A DNA stretch of 64,000 nucleotides from Candidatus Omnitrophota bacterium (GCA_043813915.1 JBDRKO010000001.1:64835-128834), one strand, 5' to 3'; counted from the stretch's first letter, positions 1 through 10,590 are shown. Notes: a model not told the origin generated them from the sequence alone. Made by a program: numbers and translations.

Positions 1-215
1 ATGAATTGTAGATGTTCATCAAATGGTTCTGTCCGACGCTTGCCGCGGCCTGCATGCCCGAAAGAGAGAGACCTTTTTTCTCAAGTCCCAGAAGCCCCAG
101 CCCGGACCCGACGGCGCCGGAAGATACCAATATCACTTCCATCCCGGCATCCTTCAGATCGGATATCTGGTTCGCAATGTTCTTAATTACCGCCTGATCG
201 ATCCGGTTGGCACTG

Positions 216-1229
216 TCAGTCAAGACCCGTGTACCGATCTTTATCGTGATCCTCTTTGTTCTTTTTGCTGACATTTTTTATTTCCTCGTAGATGGCCGCT
301 ATAAGCCCGTCAAGACCTTCGCCGCTAAGGGCCGATATGCCGTGCGCTTTTATCCCTATTTTTTTTCTGAACTCTTCGGCGGCCGCTGAGCCGTCCGTAA
401 TATCGATCTTGTTGAGAGCTATGACCCTCGGTTTATTATACACTTTCTCGTCATATAATTTAAGTTCTTCTTCAAGTTTTCTGAAATTATCCGCGGGGTC
501 GGAACCATCCGCGGGCGAGGCATCGACTATATGCACCAGAACGCTCGTCCTTTCTATATGCCTCAGAAATCTGTCACCCAGACCTTTCCCGCTGTGTGCC
601 CCTTCTATCAGCCCCGGCATATCAGCGACAACAAAAGTTTTATCATAAAAACTGACCACGCCTAGTTTAGGACTTTTTGTAGTGAACGGATACGGAGCTA
701 TCTTTGAATGTGACCTTGATATTCTGGAAACAAGAGTGGACTTACCCGCGTTGGGAAAACCTATGATACCCGCGTCGGCGACCATTTTCAGTTCCAACAG
801 CAGGGTCTTGGATTCTCCATCATCCCCTTCCGAAGCGGTCCGTCCTCCGGAATTACCCCTTCCTCCGGTACCTCCTTTAGCCGCTATCAGGGTATCGCCT
901 GCCCTGACAAAATCCCTAATAACAAGGCCGCTGGAGGAATCCGTGACTATCGTTCCCACAGGGACCCTTATAAGGCAATCTTTGCCTTTTTTGCCGATCT
1001 TCCTGTTGGATCCGCCGTTGATCCCTTTGTGCGCTTTGTGATGCTGATTGTATTTAAAGTCCAGAAGTGTGTTAAGGTTGGGATCGCTCTCGATGATGAT
1101 ATCGCCGCCGTCTCCGCCGTCGCCGCCGTCAGGGAAACCCCTGCGGTGAAAAATGTCCCTATATAGACTCTGACATCCCTTTCCGCCTCTGCCGCCCAAA
1201 ACGTAGATCTTAGCTTGATCTATAAGCAT
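216..1229 (-). CDS. obg: GTPase Obg/CgtA
   Basis: Glycine-rich Obg fold N-terminus (GGRGGKG, GGDGGDGG), G1 motif GFPNAGKST, G4 NKID; follows rplU-rpmA as in the conserved operon. Confidence 0.9.
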   Translation of the reverse strand: MLIDQAKIYVLGGRGGKGCQSLYRDIFHRRGFPDGGDGGDGGDIIIESDPNLNTLLDFKYNQHHKAHKGINGGSNRKIGKKGKDCLIRVPVGTIVTDSSSGLVIRDFVRAGDTLIAAKGGTGGRGNSGGRTASEGDDGESKTLLLELKMVADAGIIGFPNAGKSTLVSRISRSHSKIAPYPFTTKSPKLGVVSFYDKTFVVADMPGLIEGAHSGKGLGDRFLRHIERTSVLVHIVDASPADGSDPADNFRKLEEELKLYDEKVYNKPRVIALNKIDITDGSAAAEEFRKKIGIKAHGISALSGEGLDGLIAAIYEEIKNVSKKNKEDHDKDRYTGLD

Positions 1230-1230
1230 C

Positions 1231-1473
1231 TCATGCCGGAGTTACATTCACGACTTTTTTACCGGAAAAAGAGACCACCCCGTCGCATTTAGCGAACAAT
1301 GTATCGTCAGAGCCTATGCCCACGTTCATGCCGGGCTTGTACCTGGTCCCTCTCTGTCTGATGATTATACTGCCGCTGCTCACGGTTTCGCCTCCGAAAG
1401 TCTTCACTCCCAATCTTTGGGAGTTAGAATCTCTTCCGTTACGTGAAGAACCTTGTCCTTTTTTATGTGCCAT
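1231..1473 (-). CDS. rpmA: 50S ribosomal protein L27
   Basis: [16 protein letters not shown]...typical L27 N-terminus, 80 aa. Confidence 0.9.
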   Translation of the reverse strand: MAHKKGQGSSRNGRDSNSQRLGVKTFGGETVSSGSIIIRQRGTRYKPGMNVGIGSDDTLFAKCDGVVSFSGKKVVNVTPA

Positions 1474-1547
1474 GACCTCTCCGTAAATTTGTTCTTATCA
1501 TTTATCCGCCCGCGCCTCTTGCTCTCCTGAACGCGTAAGGCTCAGTT

Positions 1548-1934
1548 CTATTTTTCGGTCTTTTTTGTTCCTGTTTTCTTAGCTTTAGGTGCTTCTTCTT
1601 TGTCCGCAGTTTTGGCGGTTCCCGGCAGATGCACGTCTTTCACTTTAAGCTGAGTAAGTTCCTGCCGATGCCCTTTCTTGGACTGCGAACTTTTTCTGTC
1701 CCTGTATTTGAAAGCGATCACTTTTTTACCCCGTTTATCGCATAAAATATCGCATTCCACATACGCCTCATCTATATAGGGCGTTCCTATAAGATATGAC
1801 GCTCCGCTTTTACCGAACAGCACTTTTTCGACCTTTATGCTTTTGGATCTCTGATCCTTAATGCGGTTCACTTCTATGACCAAATTCTTTTCCACGCGCA
1901 TCTGCGACCCTTGAAGTTCTATTATAGCGTACAT
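1548..1934 (-). CDS. rplU: 50S ribosomal protein L21 with Lys-rich C-terminal tail
   Basis: MYAIIELQGSQ... L21 signature; about 25-aa K/E/A-rich C-terminal extension. Confidence 0.85.
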   Translation of the reverse strand: MYAIIELQGSQMRVEKNLVIEVNRIKDQRSKSIKVEKVLFGKSGASYLIGTPYIDEAYVECDILCDKRGKKVIAFKYRDRKSSQSKKGHRQELTQLKVKDVHLPGTAKTADKEEAPKAKKTGTKKTEK

Positions 1935-2020
1935 CCTTGTTCTCCTATTGTTATATAACCCTTTTAGCAGTAAATGCTTATACAGAAAATCCGGGCGAAA
2001 CCCTTCCCGGATGCTTTATG

Positions 2021-2049
2021 ATATTATCAAATACAACGAGCATTGTCAA
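2021..2049 (-). promoter_or_regulatory. putative sigma70 promoter of rplU-rpmA-obg (TTGACA-N17-TAATAT on minus strand)
   Basis: Consensus -35 TTGACA with TG-extended A/T-rich -10 about 100 nt upstream of the rplU start; leader contains a small GC hairpin. Confidence 0.35.
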
Positions 2050-2136
2050 GCATTAACCTTTTCTTTCCTACGGGGTGCTATGGCAGGATCAAAAGCGTCC
2101 CCTTCCTTATTATCTATCTTCGCGCTGTCGTATAAA

Positions 2137-3042
2137 CTACATCTCTTTCCAGGATTCTATCGTGGGCGGCAATTCTCTCAGAGTGTCGAACGCGTCGTCT
2201 ATTATCTCCTCGCTGAACGTGACATCCGCTGTCCCGGTTATCGTAGTATCCACGGTGACACCGCTTTTTACAAAGATCGTCCCGTTTATCTCGGGGTTGC
2301 CGCTGATACTGAGGTCGCCTTCGACCCAGAGTACCCCGTTAAAGGTCCCGCCGGTAATATGGAAATCCCCGTTAACGATAAAAATGCCTTCACCTATCCA
2401 TTCGTTATCGCTTACCGTCGATTCGTCGCCGGAACCGTTCACCCATGTGACTTTGCTGGCCGAATCGCCGTTAGCGAACGCTCTGTCATAATATGTGTCC
2501 GGAAAATAATATTTGACGATATCCTCCATCTGTGTTTTCGGCATTCCGAACGCGTTCTCAAAAGATATAACGGCGTTCTCCTCCACATCGCCCGTAACAA
2601 CAACATTACCCTTGATGGACAATGTTCCTTCTGTGGCGATAGCGGAAATTATACTGCCGGGGGCGGGCGGGATAAGATCCTTCATTACCACCTCTATGGT
2701 CCTGGCGGCATTATCCACGCTACCGGAAGAACGGATCCTCAAAAGGTCAGCCGGCAAAGCTGCACCGCCGGCTTCGGTATTATATATGTTTGCGGTATAT
2801 GAACCCGCCCCGAGCGTTCCCGACACGTCGGCCGTATTCGCCCAATTAAGATTCAGCTGTGTACGGGCCTTTTCCAATCCGGATTCGGCCAGATAGAACG
2901 CGCCCACGGAATCGTCTTGATGTTTTCCGATGATCACCTCATTGTTCGAGACCGTAACTATGGCCACGATCGCCAACGTTATCACGGCGATCACTCCGAG
3001 CGCTAACATAAGAGCTATTCCCTTCTTGTCCAAAACGCTCAT
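2137..3042 (-). CDS. pilX: type IV pilus minor pilin/assembly protein PilX-like
   Basis: N-terminal hydrophobic PilX_N-like segment MSVLDKKGIALMLALGVIAVITLAIV; last gene of three consecutive prepilin-like genes. Confidence 0.55.
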   Translation of the reverse strand: MSVLDKKGIALMLALGVIAVITLAIVAIVTVSNNEVIIGKHQDDSVGAFYLAESGLEKARTQLNLNWANTADVSGTLGAGSYTANIYNTEAGGAALPADLLRIRSSGSVDNAARTIEVVMKDLIPPAPGSIISAIATEGTLSIKGNVVVTGDVEENAVISFENAFGMPKTQMEDIVKYYFPDTYYDRAFANGDSASKVTWVNGSGDESTVSDNEWIGEGIFIVNGDFHITGGTFNGVLWVEGDLSISGNPEINGTIFVKSGVTVDTTITGTADVTFSEEIIDDAFDTLRELPPTIESWKEM

Positions 3043-3057
3043 TTTTGACCCCTTTGA

Positions 3058-3555
3058 TCAATTCCTTAGATTCACTTTAGTGGATAACGCGGCGCCCAAC
3101 GTGCGGCCGGCTACCTGATCTTCCGTATATATCTCGATCGTAACGACGCTGCCGTTAAGCGCAAAGACAAGACCCGGGGGAGATGCCCTGACATCGTCCG
3201 CGATCTTGTATTCGTCCCCTCCTGATCCGGTATCCGGATCATAAAAAACATCGGTCCCGCTGAGATAAAAACTCCTTTCAACCGCGTCTATCCCGCTGAT
3301 ATACCGTATTGTTGAAGTATTCGGCAGAGAAACGCTCGAAGCCTCGCGTATTCCGTCTGTTCCGCCCGCACCTCTCACCATCACATCAAGGGCTATCCTG
3401 GCCTGTCTCTGTACATCCGCGCGAGTATTGCCGTCTTTCCATGTTTTCTGCCCCATGGTGTAAAAGGCCATCATCCCGCCAATGGCCATGGTCAGGATAA
3501 AAGCGGTTATGATCACTTCTGTCAGGGAAAACCCTTTTTCCTCCGATATTCTCAC
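3058..3555 (-). CDS. pilW: type IV minor pilin (PilW-like), prepilin N-terminal methylation motif
   Basis: Leader MRISEEKG|FSLTEVIIT with Glu+5 and hydrophobic helix. Confidence 0.6.
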   Translation of the reverse strand: MRISEEKGFSLTEVIITAFILTMAIGGMMAFYTMGQKTWKDGNTRADVQRQARIALDVMVRGAGGTDGIREASSVSLPNTSTIRYISGIDAVERSFYLSGTDVFYDPDTGSGGDEYKIADDVRASPPGLVFALNGSVVTIEIYTEDQVAGRTLGAALSTKVNLRN

Positions 3556-3571
3556 ACCCTCTCCTTCGTCA

Positions 3572-4036
3572 TTACTTATAACTTATAAGCGTAACCAATT
3601 CCAGGTCCGGATCGCCGACTGTCCCCTTGGTCATCGTGGTCCCCCATGCCGCTTTTTCCCAATTCAAGCATACGGTAACTATCAGGTTCCCATCGGAGTC
3701 CTGTGTTACGGTAGTGGTCCTAGTATCGTTGACGAGATCATCCCCGCCGAAAGCGCTGTCAACATCATTCTCCGCGGGTAACGGAACACTTATCCATCCC
3801 GCTATGACGAAGGGACTCTGCGATTTTACCCACTCCATTCTGTCCTGCAGCAAGTTCATGGCCTTTGCCCGGTTCTTCGTTCTCTTGATCTCCATATTTC
3901 CTACAATGAACGCCCCCATCATGCTTGTTATGACGACAACAAGTATAAGTATGGAAACAAGCGCTTCGACAAGGGTCATTCCCTTTTTATCGAAAACACG
4001 CTTTATTCCGCATGTCCTTTCGAAGAAAATAGCCAC
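3572..4036 (-). CDS. pilV: type IV minor pilin (PilV-like)
   Basis: KKG|MTLVEALVSILILVVV prepilin-type N-terminus; start may be the ORF start or slightly internal. Confidence 0.55.
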   Translation of the reverse strand: MAIFFERTCGIKRVFDKKGMTLVEALVSILILVVVITSMMGAFIVGNMEIKRTKNRAKAMNLLQDRMEWVKSQSPFVIAGWISVPLPAENDVDSAFGGDDLVNDTRTTTVTQDSDGNLIVTVCLNWEKAAWGTTMTKGTVGDPDLELVTLISYK

Positions 4037-4103
4037 GATAGGCTCCTTAATAGGTCTACTTATAGTTTACCTGATCCCCTCGATTAAACCAAAGTTCCTC
4101 TAC

Positions 4104-5651
4104 TCATTTTTCGTCTATCACAATATCCTCGATATGCAGGGATCTATCCGTCTTTATCTCTATATTGCAATGATACTTACGCTGCACATCGCTGAGCATG
4201 ATAGCCTGGTCGGACACAAGCGCCAGATTTATATCCGGATGCAGGCTTACCGTTAGCGTCTTCTTTCTGGTGGGGGTCTTCCCTAAGATGGCGTCCATCC
4301 TTCTCACTGCCTCTATCGCTATCGTCTCAACGCTTTTTATCATGCCTTTACCCGCGCAATACGGGCATTCCACCCGTGAAGAGCCCTCCAGGCTTTTTCT
4401 CATCCTTTGCCGCGTCATCTCGACTATCCCGAATTGAGAGATGGCGCGCAGGCTTATGCGTGCTTTGTCCGATTTGATCATCTGCTGCAGTTTGTTGAAC
4501 ACCTTGTCGCGGTGGTCCTTCGAATCCATGTCGATAAAATCTATTATAATGATCCCGCCTATATCCCTCAGCATAAGCTGACGCGGGATCACTTCGGCCG
4601 CTTCTATATTCGTCTTGAACGCCGTCTCTTCAAGACTCCTTTTCCCGACAAAACTGCCGGTATTAACGTCTATTACGACCACTCCTTCCGTTTGCTCAAT
4701 GATAAGGTAGCCGCCGCTGCTTAAAGACACTTTCCTCTCGAATATCTCGTCTATTCTCTTATCAAGGTTATTCTTCTGAAAAAGCGGTGTCCTTCCCTCA
4801 TACAATTTGACCTTTTTTCTCAACGCGGGCATGAACGCTTTAAGAAAACGCGTGATACGGCTATACTCTTCCCTGGAATCCACAATAAGCCGTTTGAAGT
4901 CTTCGGTAAAAGTGTCCCTTATCATACGCAACACTATACCGTATTCCTCATACACGGTGATAGGCGCGTTCTTTTTTTCCGCTCTCATTCTTATTTTTTC
5001 CCACAGGTTCATCAAATATCTCAATTCCCTTTTTAATTCCTGTTCGGATATGCCCTCGGCGACGGTCCGTACTATGCACCCGGTCTTTTTCATAAGTTCT
5101 TCCCCTCCGAGAAGGTCCCTGATGCGCTTACGTTCCGCTCTGTCCTCAATACGTCTGGATATACCTATGCCTTTGTCGAACGGCATAAGGACTAAGTATC
5201 TCCCCGGCAGGCTGATATGCGTCGTTAGCCGCGGCCCCTTTGTCCCCATAGACTCTTTAACGACCTGCACCATGATCTCCTGCCCTTTAGTGAGCAGGTT
5301 GTTTATCTTTACCGGGCCGCTTCTTTTCGGTTCTTTTATCTCCGGCTCATCCTCATCCGGCAGCATCATTTTAAGCGCCGCCGCCATATCTACTACATCG
5401 CTCACATGGAGGAATCCGTTCTTGTCCATACCGATATCCACAAAGGCCGCCTCGATACCGGGCAGGATAGAGTTGACCTTCCCTTTGTAAATGCTCCCCG
5501 CGCAATGTTCGAGACTCTTTCTTTCCATAAAAAAATCCGCCAGTTCGCCGTCATGAAGTATCGCTATGCGTTTTTCCACCGGACCGACATTGACCAGTAT
5601 CTCGTTACCCGTATTCTCATTCTCTTTTTTGTTCTTTCTCGCTGCCATCAT
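4104..5651 (-). CDS. rng: ribonuclease G/E family endoribonuclease
   Basis: S1 domain then RNase E/G catalytic core (DIGMDKNGFLHVSDV..., GGIIIIDFIDM, zinc-link CPYCAGKG). Confidence 0.85.
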   Translation of the reverse strand: MMAARKNKKENENTGNEILVNVGPVEKRIAILHDGELADFFMERKSLEHCAGSIYKGKVNSILPGIEAAFVDIGMDKNGFLHVSDVVDMAAALKMMLPDEDEPEIKEPKRSGPVKINNLLTKGQEIMVQVVKESMGTKGPRLTTHISLPGRYLVLMPFDKGIGISRRIEDRAERKRIRDLLGGEELMKKTGCIVRTVAEGISEQELKRELRYLMNLWEKIRMRAEKKNAPITVYEEYGIVLRMIRDTFTEDFKRLIVDSREEYSRITRFLKAFMPALRKKVKLYEGRTPLFQKNNLDKRIDEIFERKVSLSSGGYLIIEQTEGVVVIDVNTGSFVGKRSLEETAFKTNIEAAEVIPRQLMLRDIGGIIIIDFIDMDSKDHRDKVFNKLQQMIKSDKARISLRAISQFGIVEMTRQRMRKSLEGSSRVECPYCAGKGMIKSVETIAIEAVRRMDAILGKTPTRKKTLTVSLHPDINLALVSDQAIMLSDVQRKYHCNIEIKTDRSLHIEDIVIDEK

Positions 5652-5678
5652 TATTTCCTCCCTTAACCTCTCGCTCTG

Positions 5679-5984
5679 TTAAGCATGTTCTATTGTTATT
5701 TTCTCTATACCTATCCCTTCGGGCAGGCAGGCGTTCATTTCTTCCTTTATTTTTTCAACACTGACATGCTCTCCGAGCCAGATCGTCATCTCTTCTGTCA
5801 TGCTTTCGTTCCCGAGCTTAAGAGCTTTTGGAATGCTTATTTTTACCCGAGGAGTGAACCCTTCCGTAAGGACCAGGGGGAGCGATGTCCGGCGCATGGA
5901 CCTGCGTATGACCGTCATGAGGTCCAGATGAGAAATATACGCCATATTTCCCTTTTTATGGAATATCGCGCTAAACTTTATCAT
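5679..5984 (-). CDS. DUF2344 / TIGR03936 radical-SAM-linked protein (short, 101 aa)
   Basis: FSKKGNMAYISHLDLMTVIRRSMRRTSLPLVLTEGFTPRVKIS matches DUF2344 N-terminal consensus; sits directly upstream of rng as in many genomes. Confidence 0.6.
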   Translation of the reverse strand: MIKFSAIFHKKGNMAYISHLDLMTVIRRSMRRTSLPLVLTEGFTPRVKISIPKALKLGNESMTEEMTIWLGEHVSVEKIKEEMNACLPEGIGIEKITIEHA

Positions 5985-6124
5985 TATGTGCTCTTAAAAA
6001 ACGGCCGTTTCTCCGGGCATTTCGGCTTTGAGGACAGGACTTTCGGAGCATCTATGGATCTGATAAATAAACCCTTTGGTATCTATATTATCGTCCGTTC
6101 CTTTTCCTGACCGTGTAAATGTCG

Positions 6125-7786
6125 TTATTTTCTGAAATCAAAAAGCGCCTTCTTTTTGTCCCCCTCGGCGGAGGATGTTCTCCCATATACTTCCGCTTTT
6201 TCTTTTGAAACTTTTATTTTGCCCTTCTTCACTGCGCCGTTCTCGGCGCTCCCTTGCCCAGGATAATGCTTATCATACTGAGCCTTAGTGCCCGGGAAAT
6301 TCAGGGTATCCCTGCCGTCCCTTATGATATGCACCGTCACAAAGAAAACGACCTCGGTCTTTTCTTTGTTGTCCTGCTTATATTTAACTAACCCTCCTAC
6401 ATAGGGTATCCACCCCAGAACGTCCCCGAGTATCGGGAACTTATGATCTTCTTTCGACAAGGTTTCCGATATCAGCCCGCCGATAAATATCGTCTCCCCG
6501 TCCCTGACCATGACCTGCGTATCCGCTTCCCGGGACTGATACTGCATCGCCACCGTATTCTGCGAATTGCTCACTTCCAGTTCCGTGAACGCGAGATTAC
6601 TGGATACCTGCGGGTGCAGATCTACCGTGACCTCATTGTTGTCATTGACATGCGGAGTGACCTCCAATATTACCCCTACCTGACGGGGTACGCTCTCGAA
6701 CTCCACGGTCACCAGGGTCCCGGTATCACCTGTTGACTGGCTTTTCTGCAGGAACACATTGTTCACCACGCGTATCACCGCCGCCTGATTGTTGAGAGTG
6801 GTCACCCTGGGGCTCGATAATATCTCGGTATCATCCCGTTCGTCCAGCATTCTAAGAACAGCTGTAAATTGGCTAAAATCAAGCGTCCCGTAGGAAAAGA
6901 TCGAGTTCGCGACCGCGGCCGCCGTAACATCGATACCATCGTCATCACTGTTATAAACCTGCGGAAAATTCGTATCCGCTTGGCCTCTGTTGATCTCGGG
7001 ATAAAATTCGCGTTGCGTACCCGGGAGCCATTTAAATATCCCATTATTCGAGAACGGAAAAGTTACCGGCCTTCTCGCTCCGGCGGCGGAAACTACCGCG
7101 TTCCAATCGACCCCGAACTCATCGGTCTTGTCCAGGGTAACCTCTATGACCTTAGCCTCCAGCATGATCTGCGGTGTCTTTTTGTCTATTCTTCCTACCA
7201 TATCCTTTATACTGCTGATACGGGCGGGGATCGCCGTAACGACTATGGCGTTCGCGCTCGCGAGAAATGTCGCTTTTTCCCCGGCAACAGATACTATGAC
7301 CGAATTTATGGCGTCCAAAAGCTGCTTGATGCTCTGATCTTTTTCCGAAGAACCCTCCTGCACCATATAATTCAGCGGGATGACGACCGTTACCGGCTCT
7401 TCCGTCTGGAGCACATCCTTAGGCATTACCCGTATTATTCCTTCTTCGTCGTCACGGGAATACACATACCCGTAATTCCTGGTCACAATATCCAAAGCGA
7501 CCACCCAGGGTTTGTCTCGGAGCCTCATGGTCACTGCCCCCTCAACCCCCGGGGACGGCACTATATCCACTCCGCTTATTTCGGAAAGGTAATGAAGCAC
7601 CGTCTTAATATCCACATCCTTGAAATTGACGCTTATATTCCCGGACGAGGGAAGCTTTTGGATCATTCCTTCGGCCGCCCCGGGGTTATTCACATCGCCG
7701 AAAAGGTCCGCCGGAGCAAATACCGTAAGCGAGAAGATCACCGCTGTGATCACAGCTACCCCGCACATATTCTTTCTCAGAGTCAT
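6125..7786 (-). CDS. pilQ: type IV pilus secretin PilQ
   Basis: Signal peptide, N0/N1 region, C-terminal secretin domain (SSPRVTTLNNQAAVIRV, ETIFIGGLI, FPILGDVLGWIPYVG). Confidence 0.85.
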   Translation of the reverse strand: MTLRKNMCGVAVITAVIFSLTVFAPADLFGDVNNPGAAEGMIQKLPSSGNISVNFKDVDIKTVLHYLSEISGVDIVPSPGVEGAVTMRLRDKPWVVALDIVTRNYGYVYSRDDEEGIIRVMPKDVLQTEEPVTVVIPLNYMVQEGSSEKDQSIKQLLDAINSVIVSVAGEKATFLASANAIVVTAIPARISSIKDMVGRIDKKTPQIMLEAKVIEVTLDKTDEFGVDWNAVVSAAGARRPVTFPFSNNGIFKWLPGTQREFYPEINRGQADTNFPQVYNSDDDGIDVTAAAVANSIFSYGTLDFSQFTAVLRMLDERDDTEILSSPRVTTLNNQAAVIRVVNNVFLQKSQSTGDTGTLVTVEFESVPRQVGVILEVTPHVNDNNEVTVDLHPQVSSNLAFTELEVSNSQNTVAMQYQSREADTQVMVRDGETIFIGGLISETLSKEDHKFPILGDVLGWIPYVGGLVKYKQDNKEKTEVVFFVTVHIIRDGRDTLNFPGTKAQYDKHYPGQGSAENGAVKKGKIKVSKEKAEVYGRTSSAEGDKKKALFDFRK

Positions 7787-7803
7787 TAAGGTCCTCCTGT
7801 TTT

Positions 7804-8160
7804 CTATTCGTATAATTGTATCTCATGATCCTCTTCCCCGATGCCCATGACCACGGAATTATCCGATATTTTCTTTATGCGGAAATTCTGCGTACCGTAA
7901 CCCTCTTTCATCATCTCGCCGTTTATTATCGCGGTATAGGACCCGTCCGCTCCTTTGATTATTCCCTGCAGGGATACATCGCTAACCGAAAGGATCGCTC
8001 CGCCCTCTACCTGAACGTCAGCGCTCACTCCGACCAAGGGGACGAAAGGATCCCTTTTGACCGAAGCGGCGCGCTCCGCCGGGAACGCGTAAGCCGGAAC
8101 ACATACGGCCGCTAAGAATAATACAGTAAGCTTTATCTTCATGCTATTGACCTGAAACAT
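7804..8160 (-). CDS. pilP: pilus assembly protein PilP-like (secreted, or lipoprotein if the first C after the signal peptide is lipid-modified)
   Basis: Signal peptide MKIKLTVLFLAAVCVPAYA, small beta-rich protein between pilO and pilQ. Confidence 0.5.
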   Translation of the reverse strand: MFQVNSMKIKLTVLFLAAVCVPAYAFPAERAASVKRDPFVPLVGVSADVQVEGGAILSVSDVSLQGIIKGADGSYTAIINGEMMKEGYGTQNFRIKKISDNSVVMGIGEEDHEIQLYE

Positions 8161-8743
8161 ATGTCTTTAGTGTCATGCTAATATCGTGTTGCCTTGGGGA
8201 ACCCTCGTTATACTGTATACGCAAGTCCTCGATCGAAACGAACCTGCTTCCTTTCTCCAGATTGCTTATGAACTGCGCCAGTTGATGATATCCGCTCTTC
8301 GCGGATATCCGGATAGGCATTTCCGCGTAATATATTTTCCCGTCGCTCTCCTGGGCCGACCTAAGTTCCGAAGGTGTTATACTTATGATGTTGACCCCCG
8401 AAACTTTGGCTATCGAGGCCAGTCCCTCAAGGAATTCCGGAATATCTTTCTGACCGGGCAATCCTTCCGAATACCCTTCCAGTTCCGTTTTGATCTTGTC
8501 CAATGCTTCGGTCATCCCGTCAATACGGTTTACCCGTCCGCTGACCGACTCTATTTGCGTTCTCATCTCCGCCGCTTCTTTTCCGGTCTTCAAAAAAAAT
8601 AACGTCCCGGGTATGATGCATGTCATGGCGTAGACCATCCCGGCCAGCGCGATAGCGCCCGCGATGATATACCGCCTCATCCCTTCATCGCTGATAAGCT
8701 CTTTTATTTTCGCCGCGTTAAGGTCTTTTAACTCGATCATTTT
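8144..8743 (-). CDS. pilO: type IV pilus assembly protein PilO
   Basis: Single TM segment plus coiled coil and PilO-like C-terminus; likely start MIELKDLN overlapping pilN stop (ATGA). Confidence 0.7.
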   Translation of the reverse strand, partial: KMIELKDLNAAKIKELISDEGMRRYIIAGAIALAGMVYAMTCIIPGTLFFLKTGKEAAEMRTQIESVSGRVNRIDGMTEALDKIKTELEGYSEGLPGQKDIPEFLEGLASIAKVSGVNIISITPSELRSAQESDGKIYYAEMPIRISAKSGYHQLAQFISNLEKGSRFVSIEDLRIQYNEGSPRQHDISMTLKTYVSGQ

Positions 8744-9399
8744 TTCTTTTTCCCTTCGTCCTGAACACCGGCAGCCATTTCGGATACGTCCGGGGCCAAA
8801 CGGCATTCTAGCATGAATCTCATCGCCTCTTTTCCCGCCACTTCCTGCGCTCTCATATTGTGCAGTTCTATTTCCTTGAACGGTTCAGCAAAATCCGGGT
8901 TATTTTTAAGACTTGTAATGAAACGTGCTACTATGGATGTCGCTTCCTGAGAATTTCCCAATGCGTAACCCGTTATTCCCACGGAAACGGGGAGCTTTTC
9001 CTTTACTCCGCCCTTCGTGTCAGCGTTATCGAATTTGACCTCGAACTCCGAAAGCCACACCTTGGGTATCACAGCATCGTTAAGTCCTCTCAGAAGATCG
9101 CTCCAATCAAGCCCCAATTCGGCTATTCCGCGTATGACCTTTAACCGCTTTTCCGCTTCGCCAGTCTCTCTCGTAAGCTTCCCGATCAGATCTCTCTGCG
9201 GCTGCATCTGGCCCCATTCCAAAGTCAGAACGTCCAGTTCCCCTTTGCTTCTCCCGGACAACAGCACTATCGAAATATGTACTGCCAAAAGCAGCGCGAA
9301 CAGTGCTACGGCTATCCTTACTACGGGAATGTCCGACAGCTCCACTGATATTTTCCTGGTTTTCCTAAGTTCTTTCGGCAGCAGGTTAAGTTCGATCAT
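8737..9399 (-). CDS. pilN: type IV pilus assembly protein PilN
   Basis: MIELNLLPKELRKTRK... typical PilN N-terminus, one TM helix. Confidence 0.7.
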   Translation of the reverse strand: MIELNLLPKELRKTRKISVELSDIPVVRIAVALFALLLAVHISIVLLSGRSKGELDVLTLEWGQMQPQRDLIGKLTRETGEAEKRLKVIRGIAELGLDWSDLLRGLNDAVIPKVWLSEFEVKFDNADTKGGVKEKLPVSVGITGYALGNSQEATSIVARFITSLKNNPDFAEPFKEIELHNMRAQEVAGKEAMRFMLECRLAPDVSEMAAGVQDEGKKKK

Positions 9400-9453
9400 A
9401 GCACAGTAAGACCCTCCGATGAAAAACGTTCATCCTCCCGTATTCTCCGGACT

Positions 9454-10470
9454 TTATGTTCTTAAGGCCAGCCCTATAGCGACAGCCAGCTGCGGTGATA
9501 CCGAAAGTATTTCCTCTTCCGGTATCGTTTCGTCCAATTTTATCCGGCCTATGGGATCCCATCCCTTTATGTCCATTCCAAGTTCTTTGCCTATCAGCGC
9601 TATCTTATCCTTTTGAGATACGGCGCCTCCCGAACAATATATTTTGCTGACACGCTTATTATATCGGTTCTCGAAATACCCGAAAGATAAATGCAGTTCA
9701 TTCACGATCTCCTTGATCACCTGTATCTGGATAGCGCGCACATCGTCTCCCAGGCTTTCATCCGGGACAGATTTGGCCTTTTCCGCTTCATCCTCAGACA
9801 CGGAAAGTTCTCTGGATATCAGATCCGTTATGTTCTTTCCGCCTATCTGTATCTGTCTCATAAAACAGGGCATCCCGTCCGAGAACACCAATACATCGGT
9901 CTGAGAATGCCCGATATTGAGGAACGCGCTTACTTCTTCCGCGGGAAGCTCATGCGACCGGATGAACGCGTTGTACACGGCGAACGGAGCGATGTCCAGG
10001 ATATTGATGCCGATACCCAATTCGGAGAGCAGGCGGATACGCGCATCGACCAATTCCCTTTTCGCGGCCGCAAGCAGTACCTTCATCTGTCCATGTTCCT
10101 GGATCTCCCCGATTATTATGGAATCCAGCACCACCTCATTCACGCTGAACGGGATATATTTTTCCGCTTCATAGACCAAGGCGCTCTCAAGCTGATCTTT
10201 CTTCATTTTGGGAAGGTTCACGAACCTGACGATCACATCCGGCCCCGAAAGAGACAGATTTACCTCGGAGGGCGAAAGCTCCGCCCCCTTCAAAAGCTCC
10301 TTTATCGCTTTTTTAAGCTCGGTCTCTTTAATGTTCCAGGGAACACTCTTAATATTGTACGCACGGAGGGTCTGGGTCTCTGCTCTTTTTTCCAAAGACA
10401 CGACCTTGAGGGAATAGCTTCCTATATCCAGGCCTACGGTCTCATTGGTTATTCTTTTATTTTTTGCCAT
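9454..10470 (-). CDS. pilM: type IV pilus assembly ATPase-like protein PilM
   Basis: Actin-like fold, VGLDIGSYSLKVV N-terminus, length 338 aa. Confidence 0.85.
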   Translation of the reverse strand: MAKNKRITNETVGLDIGSYSLKVVSLEKRAETQTLRAYNIKSVPWNIKETELKKAIKELLKGAELSPSEVNLSLSGPDVIVRFVNLPKMKKDQLESALVYEAEKYIPFSVNEVVLDSIIIGEIQEHGQMKVLLAAAKRELVDARIRLLSELGIGINILDIAPFAVYNAFIRSHELPAEEVSAFLNIGHSQTDVLVFSDGMPCFMRQIQIGGKNITDLISRELSVSEDEAEKAKSVPDESLGDDVRAIQIQVIKEIVNELHLSFGYFENRYNKRVSKIYCSGGAVSQKDKIALIGKELGMDIKGWDPIGRIKLDETIPEEEILSVSPQLAVAIGLALRT

Positions 10471-10590
10471 TACATGGGAAAAGCCGGTGCACGTCCATTC
10501 TCTCCTGGACTCATCGTATTATTATAATATCTCTATAGGAGAGGTTATCATACACATTTCCTATTGTCAAGACATGCCGCGCCGGGACGG

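Noticed and set aside
5985-6124. Intrinsic terminator after pilQ (AAACGGCCGTTTTTTT)
   Set aside because: The palindrome is too short to form a stable stem with a loop of at least 3 nt. The U tract is real, but the evidence is insufficient to call a terminator.
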